Shown here piece after piece: positions 20,722 through 29,089 of a stretch of 64,000 nucleotides of DNA. The stretch's first letter is position 1; each line of letters opens with the position of its first letter. The notes under the pieces were generated by a model. That model searched no databases and was not told the origin of the DNA. It saw only the letters and a program-made list of their open reading frames with translations. The position numbers and the translations under genes are program-made. Where the stretch lies: the IMG/VR virus record IMGVR_UViG_3300025137_000027, positions 12,869-76,868 of that record. One strand, written 5' to 3'. The DNA is from a virus.

Positions 20722-21990
20722 ATGAAAAATAAAATAATCTTTAAAACGCTTAGCCTACTTTGGTTAGGCGTTTTTCTTGGCTATAATAATTATAGTCAAT
20801 CTGTCCCCTTTATAGAAGGAATAAACTTATTATTTCCTGGGTGCACTGATCCTATGGCGCTCAACTACAATGAGGAAGCTACTGAAGATGATGGCACCTG
20901 CGTCTATTCTATAGGCCCAGATCCAGTCATACTTAATATAACTGTTACAGATGAAAGCTGCCAAGAGTACGAGACAGGAGTCCTGTCTTCTTACGTATAC
21001 GAGGCTACTATAGTAAATATAGGAAACGAAGCAGTTACAAACTTTTGCCTTAGCGACTTCTTAGGTACCACGTTTAACTGTTTTAACGGGGTCTCTAATC
21101 TTGCTGTTTGGATTCAACCCGGGGATACTATAACTGTGACGGGTAACATCAATAGTATAGGCACATGGGTAGAAGGACAAGGAAACTATATGACTGTAAC
21201 GAGTGTTCCTGGGGAGGTTATTACAGGTAATAATAACTTTGTTTTTTATATGCCTGAGGGAGTGGATTGCGTAGAGCCTGCTGATCCTGAATACTGCGAT
21301 ACTCTACTGGTCTACGTGACTGAAATAGACACGCTTATTGAGTATGTAGAACTTCCGGCTGATACAGTGACTGTGCTGCAGCTAGACACGTTGTATATTC
21401 CTTGGGAGTATTATTTCTACGATACGGTATACGTAGATGTTTTTGACACTATTTACGTGACAATGCTAGATACTGTAATTATTACAGAAATAGATTTACA
21501 GTATGTATATGAAACAGATACTATTCTTGTACTACAAGTAGACACAGTTCTTGTGTCTCAAATAGATACTCTCTTTCAGGAGGTAGTAATCTATGAATAT
21601 ATCTACCAGACGGATACAGTACTCCAAGTAGTATACGATGAGGTTTTAATAGACTGCGGGACCGGTCTACCTTGTATAGGAGGTTTCTCAGGCATGACGT
21701 GTGAATCTGTATTCATACCAAATGCGTTTTCTCCAAACAACGATGGCATTAATGATACTTTCTATGTAGTATCTGAATCTTATGACTGCTGGTTAGAATG
21801 GCAGTTAATCGTATACAATAGGTGGGGTACTGCAATTTGGAGCAGCGATGATCCGCAAGCCCAGTGGTATGGACAAGCAGAAAATCAAATGCATTACGTT
21901 TCAGATGGCGTGTATGTCTGGACTCTGCGGGCAAAGGGAGCCACAGGTAACGCGTTAGATCTATCAGGGTCAGTTACGGTCTTCCGTTGA
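20722..21990 (+). CDS. Secreted protein with T9SS type-B (gliding motility-associated, CHU_C-like) C-terminal sorting domain
   Basis: N-terminal signal peptide; GCTDPMALNYNEEATEDDGTC motif; CARDB-like segment; DT[VIL] repeats; C-terminal VFIPNAFSPNNDGINDTF...IVYNRWG...W.G...DGVYVW...GSVTVFR. Confidence 0.88.
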   Translation: MKNKIIFKTLSLLWLGVFLGYNNYSQSVPFIEGINLLFPGCTDPMALNYNEEATEDDGTCVYSIGPDPVILNITVTDESCQEYETGVLSSYVYEATIVNIGNEAVTNFCLSDFLGTTFNCFNGVSNLAVWIQPGDTITVTGNINSIGTWVEGQGNYMTVTSVPGEVITGNNNFVFYMPEGVDCVEPADPEYCDTLLVYVTEIDTLIEYVELPADTVTVLQLDTLYIPWEYYFYDTVYVDVFDTIYVTMLDTVIITEIDLQYVYETDTILVLQVDTVLVSQIDTLFQEVVIYEYIYQTDTVLQVVYDEVLIDCGTGLPCIGGFSGMTCESVFIPNAFSPNNDGINDTFYVVSESYDCWLEWQLIVYNRWGTAIWSSDDPQAQWYGQAENQMHYVSDGVYVWTLRAKGATGNALDLSGSVTVFR

Positions 21991-22257
21991 CGCATTGGTT
22001 ACACGTCCGCAAATCATGTGCTCTGAGATTAGCACGTGGTCTTCTCCGTCGATAGGAATAATTAGACCTTTAGATTCAGGATGTACCATAACAGTATCGC
22101 CAACTTTAACATTGCGGCAATCAGGTCCGACTGCTAGAACGGGCAATACATAAGAAGGTCTAACAGTAGTCTGTTCCGTAAGGATAATACCAGACTTAGT
22201 CTTCTCGTGCTTTTCGTGAGGCAGAATCACGTAGTTGTGTGTGGGTATAAAATTCAT
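21970..22257 (-). CDS. groES: Co-chaperonin GroES (Cpn10)
   Basis: PTHNYVIL...EKTKSGIIL...VLAVGPD...VKVGDTV...IDGEDHVLISE pattern; 95 aa. Confidence 0.88.
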   Translation of the reverse strand: MNFIPTHNYVILPHEKHEKTKSGIILTEQTTVRPSYVLPVLAVGPDCRNVKVGDTVMVHPESKGLIIPIDGEDHVLISEHMICGRVTNASTEDRN

Positions 22258-22268
22258 TGCTGATAAAT

Positions 22269-22403
22269 TTAGCGTCCTTGCCCTCTGTAAGATTTCTTAT
22301 AGAGCTTGGAGTTATTACTTTTAGATGTCTTTGTTTTAGCGTGTACACCTGGACGCTTTACACTTTGCTTAGTTGCAAATGTGCTAGTCATATTCTTTGC
22401 CAT
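22269..22403 (-). CDS. Small basic protein (44 aa), not in the ORF track
   Basis: Manual translation MAKNMTSTFATKQSVKRPGVHAKTKTSKSNNSKLYKKSYRGQGR*; fills the gap between ung and groES on the operon strand. Confidence 0.7.
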   Translation of the reverse strand: MAKNMTSTFATKQSVKRPGVHAKTKTSKSNNSKLYKKSYRGQGR

Positions 22404-22412
22404 ACCGTAAAG

Positions 22413-22452
22413 GTAGTAACTGAGGCGGGACTCTCACCCGCACTCAGTCTAC
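22413..22452 (-). other. Stable intergenic hairpin (terminator, processing site or tRNA-minihelix-like)
   Basis: Minus strand GTAG-ACTGAG-T-GCGGG-TGAGAGT-CCCGC-CTCAGT-TA-CTAC. Confidence 0.55.
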
Positions 22453-22455
22453 TGT

Positions 22456-23142
22456 CTACCAGTTTATTGGTTCAGCACCGTGTTGTACTAAAAAGTTATT
22501 GGCTTTCTGAAAATGCCCTGATCCAAAGTACCCTGCTTTACCCCCTGCGTACACTTCTGCAGCAGGGTGTGGGGCTTTAAGTACTAGTTGATGCGGCATA
22601 GTAAAGAACTTCTCATACTCTTGTGCTGCTTTACCCCATAGCATAATAACAAGGGGAGCTTGGGACTCGCGAAAGTTCAGCGCGTTCAAGGAAGCAGCAA
22701 TAAACTTCTCCCATCCCCATCCGTGGTGTGACTTTGGTGAGCCAGCATCCACTGTAAGGATTGTATTAAGAAGAAGAACCCCTTGCTCAGCCCAATGGCT
22801 AAGGTTGCCGTTCTCTTTACTCAGTCTTCCAATGCTGCCTTTAATCTCCTTTTGGATGTTACGTAAAGACGGGTTGATTTTAGGACTATCGCCTACGTCA
22901 AATGCTAAGCCTGTAGCTACCCCATCATGATAAGGGTCTTGTCCTAGTATAAGTACACGGGCATCGAGCAGTGAGGTGTCTCTATATGCTCTGAAGATAT
23001 TCTTTCGTGCAGGATAGGTAGTACCAAATGTATAGCAGACTCCCAATTTTTCTTGGAGAGCCTGCATATACTTTGAATCGAACTCAGCATCTAAATGCTT
23101 TGCCCACTCCTTACCTACAACGTGTTCATACGTTGTAACCAT
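22456..23142 (-). CDS. ung: Uracil-DNA glycosylase (family 1)
   Basis: VLILGQDPYH, GLAF, SLRNI, WAEQGVLLLNT, LWG and HP motifs. Confidence 0.95.
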   Translation of the reverse strand: MVTTYEHVVGKEWAKHLDAEFDSKYMQALQEKLGVCYTFGTTYPARKNIFRAYRDTSLLDARVLILGQDPYHDGVATGLAFDVGDSPKINPSLRNIQKEIKGSIGRLSKENGNLSHWAEQGVLLLNTILTVDAGSPKSHHGWGWEKFIAASLNALNFRESQAPLVIMLWGKAAQEYEKFFTMPHQLVLKAPHPAAEVYAGGKAGYFGSGHFQKANNFLVQHGAEPINW

Positions 23143-24139
23143 CAGGTAATTTTAAGGTTTGAATCATGCCTAACTGAGTCTCCATAGAGTTACCCCAGTT
23201 GTTTCGAGCAAGGTGAAAAGCAATTCGGTCAAGGTGTGCTTCGTACTCTAGGATGCCTTGAGACAAATAACTTTCGTCAATTTTAAATACTTCGCTTGGG
23301 AACTCTTTATTAGTTTGAACCGCTACGATGTAACACTCGTCTACTTCATAGCCGTCATATGCTGTCTCAAGACACATACGGTAGTATGCGAGTTGACGGT
23401 GGTAGTGGTACATATTTATCGTCTCTTCAAACTTGCCTAAAGGTTTGGCAGTAGTCTTTAAGTCGACAAGCGTTATGCGTTTGTTCTTGTGATCAAAGAG
23501 TACTCGGTCAATCTTACCCTTAATAGGAATATCGACTAACTGATCATTCTCTACAGGCCACTGTAAGTCAAACGTAATTTCTATTTCAGCCATAGCTTCA
23601 TCGAATTTGCCATAGCCGTCTTTACAGATCAACTCATTAGCTGCTTCGTGCATCTTAATAGACTCGATACATCCTTGTACGGTGTGGTAGGTAACAGGGT
23701 CGACAATCATTTTGCCAGCACTTGTACAGATACACTTCCAGTAATCGTTGCCGTCTTTTAAGATGCGGTTGATTTTAGTCTGAAGCCCATTGCTTTTGTA
23801 GTAGTCCTCAGGTATGACGGACTCCCAAGTATCGTTCTTAATAGAATCTAACTCGGTAATAGGGACATCGTTAGCTTCGACATTCTTGTATAGCCTATTG
23901 TAAAGCCGGTCAATAACGTCTTGTGTTTTAGGACCTGGCACATTCTCAGATACAATATCTAGTTTACCTGGTTCTAGCAGCTCTTCATGAATGAGAGTTC
24001 CAATCTCAAAAGATTTGGAAGACTTCTGTTCTAGTTGTCCGTCAAGAAATTTCCGAAAGAGACGGGGATTACCCCCGCTCTCCGGATCAATGTAGTTCAG
24101 CGAGCTATTGCTTACTGCTTTAATATCAAAGTAACTCAT
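23126..24139 (-). CDS. PD-(D/E)XK exonuclease (RecE/ExoVIII-like)
   Basis: SNSSL, GTLIHE, KGKIDRV...LVDLKTT and YHRQLAYY motifs. Confidence 0.85.
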   Translation of the reverse strand: MSYFDIKAVSNSSLNYIDPESGGNPRLFRKFLDGQLEQKSSKSFEIGTLIHEELLEPGKLDIVSENVPGPKTQDVIDRLYNRLYKNVEANDVPITELDSIKNDTWESVIPEDYYKSNGLQTKINRILKDGNDYWKCICTSAGKMIVDPVTYHTVQGCIESIKMHEAANELICKDGYGKFDEAMAEIEITFDLQWPVENDQLVDIPIKGKIDRVLFDHKNKRITLVDLKTTAKPLGKFEETINMYHYHRQLAYYRMCLETAYDGYEVDECYIVAVQTNKEFPSEVFKIDESYLSQGILEYEAHLDRIAFHLARNNWGNSMETQLGMIQTLKLPDGYNV

Positions 24140-25200
24140 GTAAATAAAGTAAGTTGGGCATTACTGATTTCTTTATACTCCTCGTCAGAAAGATACTGCT
24201 CAGTAGTAATGTTGAACCACATCTCTTCTTCTTTGTCCCAGATAAAATCGTATCCATCCCCTGATTGGTAATACCCCTCGTCTTCCTCAGTATAGTCGTC
24301 AAAAATCGAGGAGCTATAAACAGTTGGACTAGTAGGCTGTCGGTAATCTGCGTAGTCTTTGAGTAAAGGCAAATCTGCATTAGGAACAGTGTCGTTAAAG
24401 TACAGCCAGGATGTAACGACCATTCCATTGTCTAATGAAATCTTTATCTCTTTACGTTGGTACCATTCCGGATGATTCTCTAGCTGGTCCATCTGGTTTA
24501 GAGTAGCGTCGTCTACTGCATATACTTCGACCCTAAGATTGTGACCGTCTTCTCTGTGCCCTGAGGCTACATACGGAATGCCTTGTGCTACCATTGCATA
24601 CTGCTCGATAGTTTGACCTGCTCCAAGAAGACGAGCACTGCTAAGTAAACGGTGGTTGCCGAAGCCTTTACGGAGAGTACCGTATACTGCTACAAGATGT
24701 GGGCAATCTAAGACATTGGGCTTACTGTAGTATACCCCATCGTTTATGTGCCAGTTACCTATACGATTTACATATACCTTACCTGATTTGCTCATACGAG
24801 TGTATGCAAACCTGCTATCCGTTAAAGACAATATGTCTTTCCATGATTGCCAAGGCGTTTTACGAAGTGTGTCTGCCACAAAACGTGTATCAGATATGTC
24901 TTTATCCCAGGTGTGCGGTACCTGCACGGTGCCGTTATGGAATAGCCAGTTATGTTCGTTGACTTTAACTGGATGAGCATTGTCTATATCAGTTGTGCCT
25001 ACTGTAGTAAGGCGGGCGTGAAAGATATAAGGACGCTCAGACTGTAGCCAGTCCTGAGCTTCCGCAATGTTCATTGTCTTTAAGACTTTGCCATCATCCA
25101 AAGTTTGGATACCAAAACCATGGGGGTTGTATGCCAGCGCTTGGGCGGCAATAGAGGGATCAAGCTTCCCGGTTTGCTTCTTGACTATAATCACACACAT
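24136..25200 (-). CDS. Class II (Ntn) glutamine amidotransferase fused to gamma-glutamylcyclotransferase (AIG2-like)
   Basis: N-terminal MCVI (Cys2 nucleophile), NPHGFG, FHARLTTVG, NAHP, LFHNG, SDT; second domain VAVYGTLRKGFGNH...EVYAV...MDQLE...YQR. Confidence 0.88.
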   Translation of the reverse strand: MCVIIVKKQTGKLDPSIAAQALAYNPHGFGIQTLDDGKVLKTMNIAEAQDWLQSERPYIFHARLTTVGTTDIDNAHPVKVNEHNWLFHNGTVQVPHTWDKDISDTRFVADTLRKTPWQSWKDILSLTDSRFAYTRMSKSGKVYVNRIGNWHINDGVYYSKPNVLDCPHLVAVYGTLRKGFGNHRLLSSARLLGAGQTIEQYAMVAQGIPYVASGHREDGHNLRVEVYAVDDATLNQMDQLENHPEWYQRKEIKISLDNGMVVTSWLYFNDTVPNADLPLLKDYADYRQPTSPTVYSSSIFDDYTEEDEGYYQSGDGYDFIWDKEEEMWFNITTEQYLSDEEYKEISNAQLTLFT

Positions 25201-26110
25201 CTAAAGTGAGTTGTTTTAAATTTGACTTAACCGTAGGATTTGGTTGGACGATGAGTCTGTTCCTTACTCCGGTTGGAATTAGAGTGCGCACCTTGCTATA
25301 GGATTTCCACTCGATTGATTCTACTGCAAAGGCTTTGCTGTATGCAGCTGCTAATAGGACTTTCTCGCCATACTTCTTTTCATACAAGCCGTAGATATGA
25401 CTTCCTAACTCGCTGTTGATGTCAAGTAAGTCTTTATAGATTGTATCCCAGGACAGGTCTTCGTACTTCTCTGTGGTAAACAGAATACGAAGTAAAGTTA
25501 CCCGCCACTCTAGCTGTTTGAGAGATTTAATAGCACTGAAAAGCCGTATCTCCATGCGATCCGAGCTACCAAGATTGATAGCATTGTATCTTTCGTTGTA
25601 GTCGTTCTTGGTGTAGAACTTAGAGTAGCCTCTTCTCTTCGCCCGCTTAGGGTAGAGAGCGTAGAGTAACGGGATAATCTGTGCAGCTTTCTTAGCATAC
25701 CAATCAGCATCAGCGTTATGCTTTGAAACAGTGATGTGTCCACCACATGCGTAGCTGGTTTTAGAATGGATGAGGTAGTTTAATACAGGTTCACTTAAGT
25801 GTGTCTTGTATATGTCATTACAAAGATTGTAGATAGGGCTGATAAGCTCGAATCCATAATTTCCTAGTGACCCGTCTCTTTCTGCACGCCAGGAGTTAGG
25901 AAGATACTCTTCTCTTTGACCTTGGTATAGTTGACAGATGTGTCTGCCAGGCTCGTCTTCTTTCTCTGCTTCGATACCGAATCGGTACATAGCACGAGGA
26001 GTCGTATCCCAGATAGCAGCTACAGAATGGTATCCATATAAGTCACCGTATGTATAGGGAGCATCTTCGCATAGTGCTTCGTACATGTCTTCTCTTACTT
26101 CGGTTGGCAT
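25160..26110 (-). CDS. Putative amidoligase (COOH-NH2 ligase, Amidoligase_2-like)
   Basis: FGIEAE, ERDGSL...GFELISP, CGGHITVS and RYNAINL...MEIRLF motifs; adjacent to GATase-II/GGCT. Confidence 0.85.
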   Translation of the reverse strand: MPTEVREDMYEALCEDAPYTYGDLYGYHSVAAIWDTTPRAMYRFGIEAEKEDEPGRHICQLYQGQREEYLPNSWRAERDGSLGNYGFELISPIYNLCNDIYKTHLSEPVLNYLIHSKTSYACGGHITVSKHNADADWYAKKAAQIIPLLYALYPKRAKRRGYSKFYTKNDYNERYNAINLGSSDRMEIRLFSAIKSLKQLEWRVTLLRILFTTEKYEDLSWDTIYKDLLDINSELGSHIYGLYEKKYGEKVLLAAAYSKAFAVESIEWKSYSKVRTLIPTGVRNRLIVQPNPTVKSNLKQLTLDVCDYSQEANREA

Positions 26111-26310
26111 GGCTCATCCATATTGTCAAACTCATTAACTAAACTGAATATTTGCATGATGAATAGATCAGCATCGACATTCCCGTTTCGGTAAAGTTTA
26201 ACTGCGTGTGATACATTCTTCATACATGTTTGTGCGTATTCTAATTCCGGCGCACCAGCCGTCATACCACTCGAAATTTCTTCGTGGTAATGCTCTTTTA
26301 ATTTACCCAT
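26095..26310 (-). CDS. Hypothetical protein
   Basis: 71-aa ORF in the tightly packed operon. Confidence 0.6.
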   Translation of the reverse strand: MGKLKEHYHEEISSGMTAGAPELEYAQTCMKNVSHAVKLYRNGNVDADLFIMQIFSLVNEFDNMDEPCQPK

Positions 26311-26455
26311 TTTCTTTTAATTTAAATGCTTCTTCCATAGCTCTCTCAAACCTTTTATAGTTTTTGAACCCTATTCTCTTTGTTAAAGATGTTACATTGA
26401 TATTTTCATCTGCTAACTTTAACATTAGTCCGTCAATTATTTCTTCTTTACTCAT
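26303..26455 (-). CDS. Hypothetical protein (50 aa), not in the ORF track
   Basis: Manual translation MSKEEIIDGLMLKLADENINVTSLTKRIGFKNYKRFERAMEEAFKLKENG*; fills the gap exactly. Confidence 0.6.
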   Translation of the reverse strand: MSKEEIIDGLMLKLADENINVTSLTKRIGFKNYKRFERAMEEAFKLKENG

Positions 26456-26456
26456 C

Positions 26457-26912
26457 TTATATAGAATAAAGGTGTGAAGGGTCTGGGATATCCAGACTCA
26501 TATTCTCAGCAGCCCACTGTCGTATGTTGTCTATGTAAAGCTTAAACTCTTTAGTAGACATATCCTTAGTGGACTTCTTGGTCAGTGCGATAACGCGTCC
26601 TGTTTCAGGATGGTACAACTCTTGCTTAGCGAAGAGTTCTTTCATCACTTCATGAACGATATCGCGTGTTAGATTGCCGGTTCTACCAGTGACTAAGTCG
26701 CCTGCTTGGTATCCGGATGATACAAGTTCTTCTCGAATCATGTATAGTAGCGTACCCCAGTAATATCTATTCTGAGGATTGCTGCGTAGTCGTACACTGT
26801 TGACTGTTACTTCAACGTCGTGTCCTTCGAGCTTACGTAGCTCGTTGTGAAATTGAAGATCTTCATACGGTATTAGTACACCGTCTTTAATCTTCCCGGT
26901 AATATGTATCAT
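26457..26912 (-). CDS. NinB/YbcN-like recombination-associated protein
   Basis: RSNPQNRYYWG and STKDMSTKEFKLYIDNIRQWAAE...IPDP motifs. Confidence 0.65.
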   Translation of the reverse strand: MIHITGKIKDGVLIPYEDLQFHNELRKLEGHDVEVTVNSVRLRSNPQNRYYWGTLLYMIREELVSSGYQAGDLVTGRTGNLTRDIVHEVMKELFAKQELYHPETGRVIALTKKSTKDMSTKEFKLYIDNIRQWAAENMSLDIPDPSHLYSI

Positions 26913-27499
26913 ACATAGAAAAGCGTGTGCTCTCTTGTGTCTGTTGTAATGGTAAATACTAGCTTACGTTCTTCCGTAGTTTCTACTGGAAAGAACTCCA
27001 TGCTAGCAGCCTTACTGACGTACTTGATATTGTCATCAGGTATCAGTTTTTCATTTACGATAAGATCTTGGAACACCTTTAGGTAAATCCATTTGTTATC
27101 TAAATCCCAGTCGGCTTTACCAGCTACATCATACATGGCACAACTGATTTGAATTGGGAACTTGTCTCTTGGAATCTTCCGAACCTTCCTAAGGTAAGGG
27201 CGGAAGGCATCCTTAATAGCGTTAACTACCTTGACTCGCATGACTGGTCTTGTATTACCAGCATAGAAGTCTTGGCCGTTAATCTTCTTCATACGCGGGG
27301 TGTTTACACTCTTCGCGTTACGAATAATAGGTTGTCCATCGTTAGTACAAAGCCTACCCTTTCGGTCATACCCGAAAGTAGGGTCTTGGAACTTCTTTGG
27401 AATCTTGTCTTTACTAGTGTAGTAGGTCGCTCGTCTTCGGTTGCTCATCTTTACGTGGGTGATGAACTCCGGAATCTCTATCGTTACGATATGTGCCAT
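26909..27499 (-). CDS. RusA-like Holliday junction resolvase
   Basis: WDLDNK...KVFQDLI...IPDDN motif. Confidence 0.7.
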   Translation of the reverse strand: MAHIVTIEIPEFITHVKMSNRRRATYYTSKDKIPKKFQDPTFGYDRKGRLCTNDGQPIIRNAKSVNTPRMKKINGQDFYAGNTRPVMRVKVVNAIKDAFRPYLRKVRKIPRDKFPIQISCAMYDVAGKADWDLDNKWIYLKVFQDLIVNEKLIPDDNIKYVSKAASMEFFPVETTEERKLVFTITTDTREHTLFYV

Positions 27500-28463
27500 C
27501 CCATAAAGATATGAGTTTCTCTACCTTGCTTCGACCATAAGCCTGCACTAAGTCGCTAATGTCCTTAGCTCCATAGTTAATCGACCCGAATCTACCGTCG
27601 GTTAGAAACATAGGTCTGATGCCATACTTCTTACGCATGTAGTTAGCCATCGTTACACCAGCTCGGTCAAAATCATATAGACTTACGACAGTATGTGCTT
27701 CAGAAAGTAACCCAGTAATCCAAACTTCATCTGGGTACACGGTCTCAGACTGAGGAGCTACAGCAGTGATGCCAAACTCATGTAAGACCATCACGTCTTT
27801 CATACTTTTAGTAATGACTACTAGACCTGTAGTATCTCGCAGCACTTGGTAACCTTGTACCAAGCTACAGTTGCACATGAATCGGTTAGTCTTCCGTTTA
27901 GGGAAATAGATTTTGTATTGATCGTCACCAAAATCATATGCATAAGCAGGGTCACCTTTCCTATAGGAGTAGATGCAATTGCCGTTTAACCATGCTGCTT
28001 CAAGTGGAGGTACATGGAAGTGCAGTAGAGTAGATTTACTTATACCGAACTGTGTCCAGAACTCTCTGTCCTCTTCGTTGAAAGGACGTCTCTTGATTTG
28101 TATTACAGTCTCGCGTCGCTGAAAAGTGACGAGGTGCGGGTAGTCTTTACGCTCTACCCGCACTCCATCAATCAAATTAAAGTCATTTGCTATAATCTCT
28201 AGTGCCTCGTGAAAGGAGCAGTTGTAGATATGCATTACAATCTTGAAACAACCGCCGCTTAGAAATCCAGCAAAGTCTTTGAATATCAGCGAGCCTTCTT
28301 TATTGTAGAAAAATCCACAGGTCGGATTCTTATCCTCACGTAGAGGGCTAAGAAACCTAGCCTTAAGCTTAATGGGCACTTTAAGGTAGTGCTGCATTAT
28401 CTGCTCTTGGCTTAGTTCCCCAAGGATATAGTCTGCGCTTAAGTCAGGCTTAAGCTGATACAT
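27414..28463 (-). CDS. dnaG: DNA primase (DnaG-like, TOPRIM)
   Basis: SPLREDKNPTC N-terminal region; ITKSMKDVM, YDFDRAG and KDISD motifs. Confidence 0.85.
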   Translation of the reverse strand: MYQLKPDLSADYILGELSQEQIMQHYLKVPIKLKARFLSPLREDKNPTCGFFYNKEGSLIFKDFAGFLSGGCFKIVMHIYNCSFHEALEIIANDFNLIDGVRVERKDYPHLVTFQRRETVIQIKRRPFNEEDREFWTQFGISKSTLLHFHVPPLEAAWLNGNCIYSYRKGDPAYAYDFGDDQYKIYFPKRKTNRFMCNCSLVQGYQVLRDTTGLVVITKSMKDVMVLHEFGITAVAPQSETVYPDEVWITGLLSEAHTVVSLYDFDRAGVTMANYMRKKYGIRPMFLTDGRFGSINYGAKDISDLVQAYGRSKVEKLISLWDGTYRNDRDSGVHHPRKDEQPKTSDLLH

Positions 28464-29089
28464 TACCAGGGAGCAGTATCCTCCGTTGTCGCAGTAGACT
28501 TCTCACTGCTAGACCATGCTTCTCCAGAACTATCAGGAGCAGCAGCTTCCACGATATCCCACTTAGGGTCAATCACAAGACGGTTAGGCTCAGTCATCGC
28601 TTGGATAAATGGCTTGAACGCTCTGTTAGGGAAGGTTGTAAACTGACTGTTCTTCTTGTAGACAATCTTTACACGGCAAGGCACGTCGACATAAGTCTGA
28701 CCAAGCATCTTGATCACGCCGTCTGCAAACTCTTTGAAGTTGGCAGCACGGAATACACACTTGTCCTTAGGGATAAAGCATGAAAGAACGTGCTTGATAC
28801 GCTCGCCTTGAGCGTCAAACTGCTGCTTAACAAATGCTTCAGCATCAGCAGTAGACTTGCCCCAACCTTTAGCAAGCTCTTGGAGTCGTGCCGGGTCAAT
28901 AGGAAATTCTATATGTGTAAAGCTAGAGCCAGCGCTATCGCTGAATAGAAACTTAAGTACATCGTCTCCACTGCCATCGGCTTTAAGAGGTTCGTACAAC
29001 ACGTCTTTAAGGTTTACGTTTTCAGTAATACCTGCCGCGATACGAGAGCCTCCACTAGAAGCGCCCGTTTGTTCATCAAATCCGTACAT
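28463..29089 (-). CDS. Putative single-stranded DNA-binding protein
   Basis: Position between ATPase and primase; flexible acidic/Ser-rich tail ending in PW. Confidence 0.5.
   Translation of the reverse strand: MYGFDEQTGASSGGSRIAAGITENVNLKDVLYEPLKADGSGDDVLKFLFSDSAGSSFTHIEFPIDPARLQELAKGWGKSTADAEAFVKQQFDAQGERIKHVLSCFIPKDKCVFRAANFKEFADGVIKMLGQTYVDVPCRVKIVYKKNSQFTTFPNRAFKPFIQAMTEPNRLVIDPKWDIVEAAAPDSSGEAWSSSEKSTATTEDTAPW

Noticed and set aside
21298-21645. CRISPR array or DNA tandem repeat
   Set aside because: Periodicity exists only at the protein level; there are no identical nucleotide repeats with spacers
22257-22580. 107-aa + strand ORF
   Set aside because: Antisense to ung and to the 44-aa basic ORF, which fits the operon better
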